A stretch of DNA of 64,000 bases from assembly GCA_013239625.1 (NCBI GenBank), contig MU053881.1, positions 13,468,879 through 13,532,878 of the forward strand, in the 5' to 3' direction. The notes beneath the pieces were generated by a model. That model ran no database searches, was not told where the DNA came from, and was given only the letters and a program-made list of their open reading frames with translations. A program made the position numbers and the translations under genes. Positions 12,884 to 27,354 of the stretch are shown here, piece by piece; the first letter of the stretch is position 1; each line of letters starts with the position of its first letter. Source of the stretch: Lama guanicoe. Lineage: Eukaryota.

Positions 12884-13672
12884 GATCTACTTAGAAAGGT
12901 GGAGAATATGAAACACACATTTATATTCATAGTCACATTCACAGTCATAATATATACAAGGCTTCTACAACCTCAAGGAATTAGGATGAGTGTATTATTT
13001 TAAAAGGAGAGCTTAATGAGATAAAACAACACTGTACGGCAGTCCAACCAGCGCTATGTACAAATGCATACATGATTTATGATCCCTGTGTAATTCACAC
13101 GTATGCAGACACTGTGCTTCGTTGAGGTATAATAGCACAGTGGGGTTAAAGATGAACAGCTGAGCTCAATACAGGCTTTACAACGCCACTGAAAGCCGTT
13201 TTACTAGCATAAAGGCCTCCGACATGCTGGTATTAACCTACTGATAAATATTTAGACTATTTATATCTTGTTCTCATGAGAACTAAGCCAAAATAAACAT
13301 ATTTTAAGGCAACCTTTGGAAGAGTAGCATTCCTTATTTTATCTGCTCTGTGGTAAATGCTATTCACAGTAACAATTGAAATGTTGACCAAGGAAGGACA
13401 GAGATGGGCACATTCTTCCTGAACCCGTTTCACCCTTTTATAAAATTTTCTCGAACATCCAGAAAAAGTCCTATTTTTTCGGCAACCTTCAACTACCAAT
13501 CTTGAGGGATAACATTATGATTTTTTTGCCCATCCAAGCTTACTCAAAGCTGTGAGTTGGAGATTTTCAATTTTGGTTTCATGTTCAGAAAAGCATCTGT
13601 ACACGTCTCGATGCTACTTTGAAAAATTCAGAAAACGAGAACCGAGAGGATACAGGTTACCGTGGCTGCAAG

Positions 13673-13948
13673 CTACTCAACACTGCTGCTCACTTCCATC
13701 GGGTCTCTGGAAAGATACACTATCCAGTACACAAGGTTGAATCCTGCAAACGCAACAGGGAAGAGGATCCGAGAGTACTGGTCTATTTTACTGGTACCTC
13801 CAAAGGCTGGAGAGAGGGGTGGGGGTGTGACAGGTGTGGACTGTAAGATGGGCGCTCTCGTGAGGACTTTGCTGGCCTCGGAAGATGGAACTATTGGCAG
13901 GGTCAGAGAGGTGATTCTTTTCTTCAAATGATACTTGGAATCAGGATG
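13673..13948 (-). CDS. GABRA6: GABRA6 coding exon 9 ([10 protein letters not shown]...[10 protein letters not shown]4)
   Basis: ttttctccacAG acceptor; 276 nt up to TAG; inside ORF 13673..13966. Confidence 0.98.
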   Translation of the reverse strand, partial: HPDSKYHLKKRITSLTLPIVPSSEASKVLTRAPILQSTPVTPPPLSPAFGGTSKIDQYSRILFPVAFAGFNLVYWIVYLSRDPMEVSSSVE

Positions 13949-16900
13949 CTGTGGAGAAAAAAACATTCAGCCTACGTAAAAGAACAGGCATCACTTACTT
14001 AGTCACTCATTTTTTCATCATCGACAGACACTTATGGACTCCTTCCTATGTAAGTTAAAATATCAGCAAATTCTTCATAGTATTTGATGGTGCTACATTC
14101 CTAAGAAAGTGGTAAAACAAAATTTTTAATTGATTTGCTTCCATTACCACATCCTGTCATTCAGTACAACAGGGCTGATGCCAAGTATGTCCCATGTCCC
14201 AGAAACCGTGTTGAACATCTGTACCAGGTGATACTGAAGAAGACATCAACCAGGTTACAAGGGCTTATCCACTCCCCAGTTATGCTCTGTAAACCTATAG
14301 GGCAATGGGTATAGACAATGAGAGGGGATTTCAGTTTGGAATATGTGGACAGTTAGTCAGCGCAAGAAAAAAAGCAGCTTGGTTAAATGATGTCATTCCG
14401 CCTGGCACATTCCGAGCCTAATCTTGACACATTCATGCATTTGAACCGACTGAAGTGCCAACAGCAGCCAAAAAAAAAAAAAGAAAGAAAGAAAAGAAAG
14501 GTGCTCATGGACGTCAAAAGCCAGTGACAAAAGAAAAATACCCTTATATTGAGGGGGATGATCGTTCATCCCTTGATATGCAACTGCCTCTTGGTTCAAG
14601 AATTCCCTATTGAGAGATTTCTGCTCTCCATTCAGAGATTCTCTGTTGGTCTCCCTCCTTCTGAAGTCACCAAAACATGATTCATTTCCTAACCTCAGAA
14701 TTGTTATATGTTCTTTTCCATCATTAGATCTTTCTGTTCCACGGAAATCATAAGACAACCAATTCTAGTCTTGAAAGGGATGCTGACTGCATGAATGGAC
14801 ACATGAGAAGGCCAGGGTCCCGATGTAAGAAAGGTTTCACCAGGGTTGCACATCGAGCAATAAACACTCTGGTCAGTCTCAGTGCTCGTCGTATCCCAGC
14901 ATTTTCTCGTCTTTAAGGTACTGAGCCTGCTTCAGAGACTCTACTCCTGTTGGCTTTGGACTCCTTTCATCATGTTGGAGACCAGGGTTGGGGGGGGTGG
15001 CTTCCTCTGATTCTTATTCCTTCCTTGTCTCTCCCCTCTAATAACCACTCTCCTTGTGGCCAGCTTGTCCTTGCTGGATCTCTGCCTTCAAACACTGGCT
15101 GTACATTAGCCCTGCTCTTGTAAAACTGCCTTGTTTCCTCCCTGGCAGCACAACCACCACTTTGCTGCCCGGCAGGGTGTGTGACTCACGTGGGCAGGCT
15201 CCCGTGGCTTTACAGCGACCGCCCGGCAACAGGAGGCGGTGGCCACCCTCCCTGGGCTGGCTGAGCCGCGGGAGCAGGGGGACCCACCGGTGCCGTGACA
15301 TTTGGACTGCGGGGAACAGCAACCCCAAGAACCTCTTCTCTCTGGACTCCCCTCCTGAATTTTGCTTTTGATTTGTCATGGACGTTGCTGGGGATCTAAA
15401 TAATAATGCTCATTAGAGAGAGTTCAAGCCCAGTGTGCTTTTTAGGGGCCACGGTAAAATCTGTTTCTTTACAGACTGTGTAAAGTCTGGTTTGACATGA
15501 CCGCGGCCAATTTCCAGCCAGGAGTATGTTGATTTGTTATTTGTTGACCCAGGGTTGGGCTAGGCACTCGAAACAGAATTAAATAAATCATAGGTCTTAG
15601 AGGTAGAAAAGAATTTAAGATAGTAGAGTGCCCAGTCTACTGATCTTGGATAGGACAGAAGTGACATTTTCTGTTAAAATAGCAGGTGACAACTGAGGAC
15701 TGCTGTGCCCAGGGTCACCAGAGAGTGTGCGGATAGGACCAGAGTCGGCGTGTTTTGGTCTCAGTGCATGCTGCCTCTCTTAGAAATAAACATGGTAATT
15801 GTCTGCCAAGAGCTTTCCATCATGTTTCTCAGACTCTGATTTGAATATTTATCTATTATATGTATTATTAAAATATTCTCTACCTGAAAGAGCAAAACGT
15901 GTCACTGTTTAATTCTTCAAAAAGAGTTCCCCTCCTCCCAGACACCTGGAACATTCAGGTATTTTACTCTAGCAAATCTTCTAAGGATCATAACAGAGCA
16001 GAAAGAAGGCAAGCCTTTAGAGCGAATTTGCTTCCTAAACCCGTCTTGATTTTTAATAGCATGCCTTGCCTGTCTGACACCTCTGTTTCTCTCTTTTTTA
16101 GGGAGAAAGAGGGCAGACATGAGTAAGTTCATTGAGCTGAAAAAGTGATTGTGAAATATAATCGAGCATAAAAATGTAAGGCATTGTTCTATCTCCCCCT
16201 CCCTTTTGGAGATGTGAGGGGAAGTTGTCAATCTCTGGCCACCGTGTCACGAATGACTTAATGAGGATGGCCAAAATAACCCTTGTCCGGAATTAAGCAG
16301 CATCGTTCAAGACCAAACAGCCTGGAAAATTTATGCACAATGGCATTGGCTTGGAATGAAAGGTCCCTTACAGTCGGACTCCTCTTTTCCTCACCGATTT
16401 CCCCAGTCTCTATGGAGAGTTGCTTAAGGGTTAAGAGGGCAGCAGAGGAAGGAAGCCTTAGACTGCGATCGTGCACACACACTACTCACCCGCCCTACGC
16501 CTTAGACATGCCGTAGGCGTTCCCTTGGCGTCAAGTTACCATCTTTAAAGTTAGGGACAGTGAACATTTCATCTCTGAGGTTTATTTTCTTTTCTTTAGG
16601 AGCTTGAGAAAGAAAATACGTCTTTTCTCTGTGCACTTTTCTGCCTCCTTAGCTGTGAGAACTCCTCGCTGTCATCACGCTCTGGCCTGTAACTATTATT
16701 TCTGTCGTGCTTTATCCCCTTTCCGGACATAAAACCTCCTTCATGGCACAGGGCATGTTATTCTCACGTGTAAGTGCCCCACAGTGCCTAGCCAGTGCAC
16801 AGAACGCCGGCGATGCTTAATAGACAAACATTTGCTGAGTCAACAAATGAATGAACATCTAAACATTTCCCAAGATTTCTTAGTCAGGCAAAGAGAAGGG

Positions 16901-17176
16901 AACAAAAAGTTTTATGATTATTGTACGTTATATGTTAGCACAATGTTTTATATTCCATTGTATTGGAGGTTACCATGTCTCAGTGCTTAACCACGGCCAG
17001 CCCTACAGGTCATTTTGCACGCATTATTTTGCTTATTCCCGGAAAGAATCTAGAATGTGATAATACTCTTTTCATTTTAGAGATGAGCGAACGGAGGCTT
17101 AAGCAGAACACTCACACAAGTGAGAAGGGGCGGCACCTGAATTCAACCCTCTAACATGCCTAAAATCATACTCGTT

Positions 17177-17325
17177 TTTTGATTCTTTATTTAGGGTTTT
17201 TTTGGGGGGAGGTGGTAACTAGGTTTATTTATTTCTTTATTTTTAGAGGAGGCACTGGGGATTGAACCCAGGATCTTGTACATGCTAAGCATGTGCTCTT
17301 ACCATTTGAGCTCTACCCTCCCCCC
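17177..17325 (-). mobile_element. tRNA-Ala-derived SINE (camelid Vic-1-like), in GABRA6 intron 8
   Basis: The reverse strand reads GGGGGGAGGGTAGAGCTCAAATGGTAAGAGCACATGCTTAGCATGTACAAGATCCTGGGTTCAATCCCCAGTGCCTCC (A and B boxes) followed by an A-rich tail. Degenerate TSD AAAATCATACTC / AAGACCATACTC. Confidence 0.8.
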
Positions 17326-17376
17326 AAGACCATACTCTTAATAAATATTTTCTCCCCGTCAGACTTAGGGTTTAGG

Positions 17377-17585
17377 GCGTGGTTTCCCAACCACAAAACT
17401 GCAGACAGATGGATACTTTTCGTTGTGGGGGACTGCCCTGTCCCTCATGGGATGTTGAGTAGCTGCCCTGTCCTCTACCCAAAAGGCGCCTGTAGCACCC
17501 TCCTCCTTGGAGTTTTGACAACCAAAAATATCTTTAGCAAATGTCCTCGGGGCGGGGGGAATTCACCCACCATGGAGAATCACAA
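17377..17585 (-). mobile_element. MER20-like hAT DNA transposon
   Basis: Colinear with the recalled MER20 consensus (TTGTGGGGGACTGCCCTGT...GGATGTTGAGTAGC...GACAACCAAAAATATCT...AAATGTCC...GAGAATCAC). Confidence 0.75.
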
Positions 17586-20500
17586 GCTTAGAGTTACACT
17601 GTCTCATTGCCCCGTGGCAACTTCTGGGGGTGGTTTCTAGCAGGCAGCAAATACACTGTGCTCAAGAAAATGCAAGAGGGCTGGCTGACCCACCCACTGG
17701 ATGATGAACTCCTGGATAATGGGGGGGTCGGCAGTCCAGGAGACTGGCCACCAATTTAGAAGAATCACACTGAATTTCTGAAATCACAAGAAAGCCAACT
17801 GTGCAAGCCATTCAAGCTTCAGGTTTGCATCAGATCCCGCCTGCCCTATTGTAGCTCAGCAGCTTCAGCTGATGGTAAAATCGGCTTTTGTCAGAGTCCA
17901 GATGAGGGCTCAGCTTGGGGCCGTCACCGTTTTGAGTGGAGCACCTGTGGTTTTGAATTTTTCCAGGGCTCCCCTGCTGCTCAGTGCCATCCTGCTTTGG
18001 GTATTTTTAGAGCACTGCTTTGTTTTAAGTAACACCATATTGCAAAGGTACTTTGAGTCAAACTGGACTTTATGACAATCAAGTATTTGGTATAGGGGTA
18101 AGGCATTTGGGAAGCAGTTAGAGCAATTTTGATACAACATTCAGTGAATCTAATAAATTAAAGAAGGGGAGGCAATGCGTTACCTGGTAGGAGAGAGATT
18201 CTGACCAGGGATGCATTACTCAAGGGACAAAGTGTCTTCGTTTAGAACCAGTGAACGGGGCACCAAAAATAAGAGAAAATACTTTTTAAAACATTTAGTA
18301 TTTGACATTTTTAAGACTATTGTATTAAGCATTATGGAGAAAATGAACTCCATCAAATGTCCTTACATTTATTTTATAGCTGGTAGAATTAGGAGTAGAG
18401 ATAATTCCAGAATGTCTGTGAGAAGCAGCTTACTGGTAGCAGTCTGGTGGGTGAGTGGCGCTAGGGGCGTGTCTGAAAACCATACTGGAATATTTGGAGG
18501 GTGCAGAAAGGAGTCCTGGATGAGGATTTGAGGGAAGTTATAGAAAATGAGCTAGCTGCCTGCACCCCTCATCTACTTGACCCCACCTTCTTTGTAAGTC
18601 ACAGAGCGGTGCTCCCATGGGGAAGGGGCGTCATGACCTTTCTGGTGCTCAGAGTCTGTGATGGTCTTAATTTAACCATTCATTCTATGGCATAATGATA
18701 GTGCTCAAAACAATCTTAGCAAGATTTGGAACTGGGAAGGGAAATCGTTCAGTATTGTATGCTTCGTACTTCTCTGCGTAGGTGGAGGGCGGCATGGTAA
18801 TGGCCCAGCAGAGATTCCGACCTTGAAAAGAGTCCAGAAAGGACCGTATGTCTTATTTCCGTCTCTGTGACAGAAGTGACTGACTTAGTGCTTCTAGGGC
18901 AGGGCCAGGCTTATCTTTCTGTTCTCAGCATAGGCATCACTTCCTCCCAAATCACCCCTCCAGACTGAGTTAGGCACCCCAGCAGGACGCTTCTTCGGCC
19001 TACAATACATCTCTAAGCACAGCCTTTATTACAACATGTTGTCACGGCTTCTTGAATTTCCTTTCTTCCTGATGGACAAGAAGGTCCACGATGGAAGAGG
19101 CGCTACTGATGCCCCTAACCCGTGTATCCTCGGCATTCTATAAAGGGACTGGCACATACAAGCACTTAACAACTGCTTATGCTGTGAATAATTTGGTAAG
19201 GACATAGGTACTTAGTAAATTGGTGTCAGGTGAGAAGAAAAATAAATAGTGTAATCTGTGTGAAAGCAGTCATTGTCTCAGCTAATTAAACTTGGATCAA
19301 TTTTGTTGGTAGATAATTTACCAAGACCATCACACCTCCCGTGGAAAAAAGAAGCCACACTGGATGTGTTGATGGGTAGAGGGACAAGGGATTCATTCTT
19401 AGAAACATAGTGATGACGACTTAGACCTTTAACATAACAAGGACACTAGCAAACCATCCCCAAAGAGATCAAGGTGTCAACTTGGCCTTATATACAAAAT
19501 AAGAATACCCAAACACATAGTGAGTTCTGAAACTGAAATACTAGAATAACTGTAATGCCAAAATAGCATACCAGATAAAAACAGTATGAAAAAATACCAT
19601 ATAAGCAAGAATTGTGGACAATTTTTTTCCTCAAAATCGAAAAATATAAAGTCTTCATTTCCAAATGCTTTAAAAACAGAAAGATAATTAGTTGATAGAG
19701 CACCTTCTGAAACTTCAGTTTCAGGTGTCTCTTCAGGTTTGAGTACTAGTACTGAATTTCTTTGTCACTGTTAATATTAAATTTCAAGGTCAAATTCAAA
19801 GTGATCAAGTTTTCACGTTCATCCTAAATGTTTCCTGTGAAAAGCAATGTGCACAGTAAGTACACAACTTAGAATCACAGTTTTTCATCTCAACGTCACC
19901 CTATTGGTTTGCTGTTTCAATGTCCAACTTATTCAAATGATGCTATTTTGATTACAACTGAATAGGCGTTTTTAAATGTCATGGTATTTGAAAGAAAAAA
20001 CTGACCTCGCAATCATAATACACCATTGTGCTGTATAAATTCCAAGTGTGTAATTTATATTTGTTCCTCTACATTATATAAGGCAATTGCCAACTTTTGA
20101 CTTAAATAAAATGTACATGCTCTTTGTAATCAGCTGTATTTCTGTTTTGGTACCTACAAGGTTTATATTGTTAGGTTTGGTTATTTTTGTTTTTATTTTT
20201 ATTTTTACACTTTGACTTAGCCTTTCAGAAATAAAACTTCTTTTCACTGCCTTAAAATATTTTAAGCAAAGCCAGGTTTAGAAATACAAGTTTTGATAGG
20301 GAAAAAAGTCAACTTGCAAGAAAAAAAGGACTTTGAGATGATTTAAATGCATTTTTAAAACCTAGCTTCCCAAAGGGCCTAGTCCTTATAGGTTCCTATT
20401 TTAGAACTGCAGAAGATAGTTTATGAAGACCTGAGATCTTAAATTCCATCTTATTAAAAAATTATACCTTTAAAATAATAGTCTAAGGGAATGATAACTC

Positions 20501-22452
20501 TATACTTTCTCTAGGGATTTGAAATCATATTCTTCCCAGTCATATATATTTCAAAAGAGTCAAAGTAAGAAAGTTGGCCTTTCTTTTTGTCTCAATATCA
20601 GATCAATGACTATATTCAGAATCAGTGGAGTTGTTTTTCTCACCCTGTTCCTCATGAACTTCTTTTTGTGTTTTTACTGTATTTCTCAAATAAGAAGCTG
20701 TTAAACCTAATTCTAATAAGTAACAATTTTCATTCCAGATATATGTTAAGACAATATATGACCTTGGGACAATATATCAATGATGTATCTTTATAAATAC
20801 AGATAGGTAGTAATTTAGTCACTTATTTTTACAAACAAAATAATTCTCAAAAATTTTTGGAATTAATCTTTTCTGAAAAATATCATTTTCAAGCATTTGG
20901 AATTGAGCCTTCAGACGAACATATTTTTGTTATAAAATTTATGTTTTTGTGACCTTTCAAAACATGCATAAGTATTATAAAGAAAATAGCATTAAATCAA
21001 GAGAAGACCTTTGGGAATGACCTTACCTACATCCAGAGGATTTATCCAGTGGTATGCACTCTTTTATATGTCAGTCTTTATGAAAGTGTTGAGAGTGGGG
21101 AGGGCTTCATTCTCTGTAAAGTTGTGGACATTAGGAGTTCTGGAATCAATTCCTAGTTTTTCTACCAACTAGTTTATTTTACTTCTCTGAGACTCTGGTG
21201 TTGTTTTACTTGTAAGTGGAGGTAATTAGACTGGATCATTGGATGGCAAACTTTTTTTTTTTTTAATGAGTGCTAATTAAAGGGGAAAAAACCCTTTAAA
21301 TTATTTTCAATTGTATGTTGCCACTTATCCTGGGAATGACCTTATCCTTTAGAGAAAATGTGAATTTCAAACAAATTTCTTAGTTTATCAAAGAGAGAAG
21401 TTTCAAAAAAATTATCTTTTAAAATCAGTAAATGTCTGAGTACCTGGAAAATGAAACATACATAGCTTTATCGTTTTTACCACAAAATTTAACCAAGAAT
21501 TAACTGGGCTGCATGTGGTTTTGCAATTCGGAAATGTTCATAAGAACTGATCAATTATAAAGAAATTTTCAGTTCAAAGTGTCTGCATTACTTGAGATTG
21601 CAGAGCACAATTTTCCTCTTTGCAAGAGCTGTTTGACGTTTATATTGAAATTAAAATGCATACTTGTCAATCAGTTCTATACATCATTTTTTTAAAAAAA
21701 AAGTATGTGCAATTTAATTGTGAGAATTTATTCACATGTGAAATTGAAATTTGAGGACACATTTATGACCCTTGGAATTATTAACGCTATCAATTATTTT
21801 TTATTCAAAAAACCTTTGGGGACCAGAGCTTAGCCACAGCCAATCTAAATCTAAATCTAAATTATAGGTATTTCTCACTGATTGTAAGTCTTTGAATGAA
21901 AACACTAAGATACATATTATATACGTATAATATGAATGCAAACATGAGAATGTTTTCATGTGAGTCAAAAACTCGGCATATGACTCAGCATTTATGGAAC
22001 CTAATATTCACATCTTGCGCTCCTGCAATAAAGCAGCAAGCAGATTTCTAACAAAAATTGTCCGTAGGAGTCCCTGTTTGTTTCCTTCAGACTCTGAAGC
22101 CTCATTAGGAACTTTTTTTTTTAACCTTATTCTCCCTAGTCGGTGTATGTGAACCTGTTCAAAGGAAACATCTAAAGGCTGAGAATTTTCTCATCTCTGA
22201 GCGCCTGGAATCTGCCAGCGCTAGTGAGAATGATGAAAGAGGGGTACGGAAAGTTTAGAGCCAAGATAAAGGGAGGATTGTTGCCTGGCGTTTTTCTGTG
22301 AAGTTGGAGAAGTTGGTCTGAGAACCAAAGTTACGCAACGTAAGCCCCACTAATAGCACCTCTGGGCTCCCTCGTGGTTCGCGGTGACTAGTCGGGCTGC
22401 CTTTTCCCACGTGGGGGAGGGGGAGGGTAGCATTAGAAAAATAAACAATTAC

Positions 22453-22712
22453 CAAGATGACCTCGGCTTCCAAGGGTTCGGGAGCTTTTGCTATTGTCGC
22501 TGGAGGTGAGGCCGCAATCTGTGCCTTCCTTTCCACCTTCTGTGTCTGAAGATTGGTAAAGTAGTTGACAGCTGCGAACTCAATAAGGGCAGAGAAGACG
22601 AAGGCAAAGCAAACAGCTATGAACCAATCCATGGCGGTGGCGTAAGACACCTTTGGCAAGGAGTGCCGGGCACTGATGCTCAAAGTGGTCATGGTTAAAA
22701 CAGTGGTGATCC
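22453..22712 (-). CDS. GABRA6: GABRA6 coding exon 8 ([12 protein letters not shown]...EAEVIL; TM2, TM3, start of the intracellular loop)
   Basis: tttcAG acceptor, GTAATT donor, 260 nt; inside ORF 22255..22773. Confidence 0.98.
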
Positions 22713-23796
22713 CTGAAACGGAAAAGGATGAGAAAGGCAGGATTAGCATTTGGAATCCAGTAACGGGATCCAACGGGAACGTGTTGGTGGAGAGGATTAC
22801 GTGTCATTACTATTATTATTATATTGTTTTTTAATTGTTTGCAATTATTATCATAGGTATTCACATTTTTGTATCCTTTACTACTTAGGGTGGTAATGTG
22901 TACATTGTAGTTGCTCCAAAATTTTTTTGAACTGATATAGTTTAACTATTACAAAATTTGTCTTGAATAATTCTAGTTGTTTACCTCTTGAGAAAACTTA
23001 GAGCAAATTATTATTACATAAGTAATACAACTTTGAACTTCTGATCAAATTTAATAGCTGGTAAAATCTTTCATCATATTTAATAAGATTATTGGGTATG
23101 AATAATAAATATAAAATTAGGTTTCTCTCTCTTTTTTTAATTTCTAGCTTGGTTTTAAGATAAAATATTTACTCATGAGAAAATAATCTGACCACTCATC
23201 TGCCAGCAGTTTTCTTTCTTGAAGGATTTATGTAATTCAGAGCTGGTCACCCTCATCACATAAATATTATTTTACAATTTGCAGAAAGAGATCTATTTGA
23301 ATATGGTAAATTAAAAAGTCAAAATTCATCTTAGACTTCAATTAAACTCAGGTCGTCCCTATGAACTACTAAATTTATAATCATGAAAACTCAGCAAAAA
23401 TTATTTTGTGACAGATATTTTCTGTTGTGGCTCTTTTTCTTCCTTCATCTTGTTCCACCACACTAGTAGGGATTCTGTACATCACAAAAGGAGCTAAATA
23501 TTTGGGTTGAACAATGGGAAACTGGTGATATTTAACTAATTTTAGACCTATAAAAATGGCACATTTTTAGTGATTCAACCTAATAAAAGTCAGATATAAA
23601 TTATATATTAGTGGATTCAATATCTTAGCCTTTATTTCCATGGATGTCAGTTTTTATTTTTCAGCTTTTTTTTTTAGTTATGAAAAAGCAAACTGATATT
23701 AAAAAAAAAAACAAAAAACACTCTCCTAAATAGGGCACATGAAAATCACAGGAAACCAGCCAGAATTCTTGCTGAGACCAATTTTTTGTCGATTCA

Positions 23797-24144
<348 letters not shown>

Positions 24145-24510
24145 TTAGTATTACTGCGGTTGACAGTGAGCAAAAAAGATTGCAGCTGGAAATAAATCCT
24201 ACAGATCTTTAAATTAACATGCACTGGAAGGAAGCAAGCAGAGGCATTTGTCAATGTAAGACCAAGCTACCAGATCAGCAGGTTTTCTGTGAGGCTCTTT
24301 GTGTCATAGACATGCAAAACTATTCACTCCAAGGCTACACAAATCTTCATATGCACATGGTTGTAAAATCACTTTTAAAGAACGCTAGTCATTGCTCCAA
24401 AACAGCAAGCTTAGCTGTGGATGGCTAGTGCAGAGGGAAAAGAAATATTTTGGAAATGTGCACTGGAGTCACCTTGCAGGATTACATCCATGCATTGTTC
24501 AGATTCTTAC

Positions 24511-24654
24511 CTGTGTTAGATTTAATTGTCTCACTGGATACTGTCTGTCCAACCAGATCATACTGCAGGAGGCTTGATGATTCTTCTGGGACCTCCACTG
24601 AGTACAGTGGGCCTTTTTTCCATGTATATATGATTTCACTTTTAGGGTAAGCAT
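24511..24654 (-). CDS. GABRA6: GABRA6 coding exon 6 ([12 protein letters not shown]...ETIKSNT)
   Basis: attcAG acceptor, GTAAGA donor, 144 nt; inside ORF 24482..24745. Confidence 0.97.
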
Positions 24655-24951
24655 CTGAATTTTTGAAACAAATTAAACATACTAGTGAATCTGACTGGCT
24701 GTGGGGTTTTTTTTTTCCTTTCAAAGCCAAATCTTGTTCATACAAACATACATTTTCTTTAATGTTTTTCTTTAATCTGAGTGACGAAAACCTCTATTTA
24801 TAAGATTGATAGGCATGATTAAGTAATTCCTGGAATCATACTGAAAATGTCATAGTAATATCTCTCTTTTAGTTTCCAGCATCTGACTAAAACCAAATAA
24901 TTACATACTTTGAATGCATTATTTGACTCTCAGAAGTTTTTTGTAACTTAC

Positions 24952-25034
24952 AGCTCCCAAACTTGAGTGGACAAGCATGCCCGTCCATAGGAAAGTTAAC
25001 CAGCCTCATGGGACAGTCGGCATTGATGGTGAGC
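24952..25034 (-). CDS. GABRA6: GABRA6 coding exon 5 ([27 protein letters not shown], Cys-loop)
   Basis: cccttAG acceptor, GTAAGT donor, 83 nt; C-x13-C Cys-loop signature. Confidence 0.98.
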
Positions 25035-25118
25035 CTAAGGGACGTTGACATAGGCGGTTCTGAGTTAGTACAACAGACAAAGCACGTGGGCAGAGGAAGG
25101 AGAATTGGGGAAACCTCA

Positions 25119-25340
<222 letters not shown>

Positions 25341-27286
25341 CTAAGAGAAAAGAAGATATTCAGGCAGGCTGGGCAGAGAGTTTATTGAGAATAGTTTATT
25401 CACTAGTTTACATGCCCAATCCTACACCTTATGAAATAAAGCAACTTTTTATGATAATAACCTGTCAGGAAGGCTATGACTTCAGGGAATTATTTTTCAC
25501 AACCAAAGATTGTGATAGTATTATAAATGGTAGTGCTGTGTTGGGCAAACCTCCCTCCTCCAGCTTCAACCTCCTTCACATTCTTCCCCTTTGTCTATCA
25601 GTCATCCGTCTCTTCATCTATTGACCGATTGATTTCTCCCTCCGTAATTAGAAGAAAAATACTTAAAGATCGAGTCTAGGTTTTGTGCTGGTCTTCCTAC
25701 CATCAGTTAGTCTAACCATTCCCTTTAGCAACTCACCCGCCTTCAAAAGTATCTCCAAGCAACATGGTACCACTTAGTAAAGTCCCAAGGGCAGATAAAC
25801 TTTACCTGACAAGCATGCTGTGTCTGCAGGTCGTGATTATTTTATATTGTTCTCAGAGAACATTAAAGCAAATGTTACCATGATTACTCAACTAGAGCAT
25901 CATTTAAATATGCGTAACCAAAATTATGAGTTTTAATTTGTGGCTTTTATGAAATAACATTAAAAGTCTTAAGAATTAAGCTAAGGGCCATTGCAAAAGT
26001 CAATGAAAAATAACAACTTGTAATGATGTTAAAATATTGCCAAGAATTGCTTTGCCTACTTTTTGTGCACCTTTAAGAGACTTATCACTGCAGGTGGCAA
26101 TTATATTTTGAAAATGTGATTTGACACACAATATATCCAAATAATAATGATCCAGACAATAATACGCCTCTGTTGTACAAAACACACTTGAAAAAGAGAC
26201 ACATGCATAAAACAAAGTTTCAATGTCCCCAGATTCCAATGCTGCAGTAGAATATGGTTGTGGTTATATATTTCTTGGGCTGAGTCAGTACTCACATGAA
26301 AAATATGACAGTAAAATAATTGAGAATTCTGGAGAATGCTGACTCACCTTTCTCTCAAGTTTTAAGACATTTTTCTCTTAAATAAAGTCCTCCTCACTCT
26401 CTCCCCCTCTTCCTTGTTATTTTTTCATACTTCTCTTCCCCCCCATTCTTTTACTCCTACCTCCCCCCCCCACCTTTTTTTATTCTTCCTTCTTTCCTTT
26501 CTCCTTATCTTGTCAACTCAAAAAGCAGAAGATGAAAAGGTCTCTGATAACTGTTTATGTAGAATTACATTCCCCTGGTACATTTAATGGTGCACCTCTT
26601 TAAAGAGTTATGCATTTCTCAGTTTTAGCCTTTATAATTTACTTTTAGGGGGAAATACTATCGAAGACATATGAACGAATATCCTGATACACTTTGTTCA
26701 AGAAGATCGCTTCAGGTTTTCACTGTCACTTACTATAAATACGCTCTTATGAATCCTACAACCATCTGTACCTGGAACAGAGTCCTCAGAACACCTGCTG
26801 GTCGATTTGCAAACATAAAAGTGGAATGCATTAGCCTTTCCAAAGGACCTCCTTCACGGTTTTAATAAAACATACGAAGGCTGATGTACTACAAAAAAAC
26901 AGTCATGTTTGAAGCTTAATAGAGATCCTCAATATACTTTTATATCTTTGTTGGTTTTTCTTTCTTCTACTCCAAAAATGTACTAGGACTTCCTACAGAT
27001 GGGGGAGATGTTCTCTTTGTTGAGAAGAATCCGTGTATGGTATGTGGACAGAAGAGAGAATATCATCTTATAAGGTCCCTCAAGTTAACGTTCAAGCACA
27101 GCCTTTAGTGAAACGCGGAGGAGATTAAGCCAGTCGTCTGCTCCCACGGCCGTTCCTTCCCAGCACGAGCACGCAGAGTGCATCATGGACCCGGAGCCAA
27201 GCTTGGTGACATGGCCCATTATCTTTAGCTCTGGGGCTCAGCCTTCTCCCCCGGTAAGTAAAGTTACTCACTCAGAGCTCACTCAC

Positions 27287-27354
27287 CATCTCCACATCTG
27301 ACACAGGCCCAAAACTTGTCACGTAAATGTCTGTTTTGACCTCAGTGACAGCAC
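27287..27354 (-). CDS. GABRA6: GABRA6 coding exon 3 ([22 protein letters not shown])
   Basis: tttcAG acceptor, GTGAGT donor, 68 nt; translated by hand because it is absent from the ORF track. Confidence 0.97.

Noticed and set aside
17240..17325. tRNA-Ala-like sequence (also at about 39245-39323)
   Set aside because: Degenerate stems, an A-rich tail and flanking duplications mark these as SINEs, not tRNA genes.
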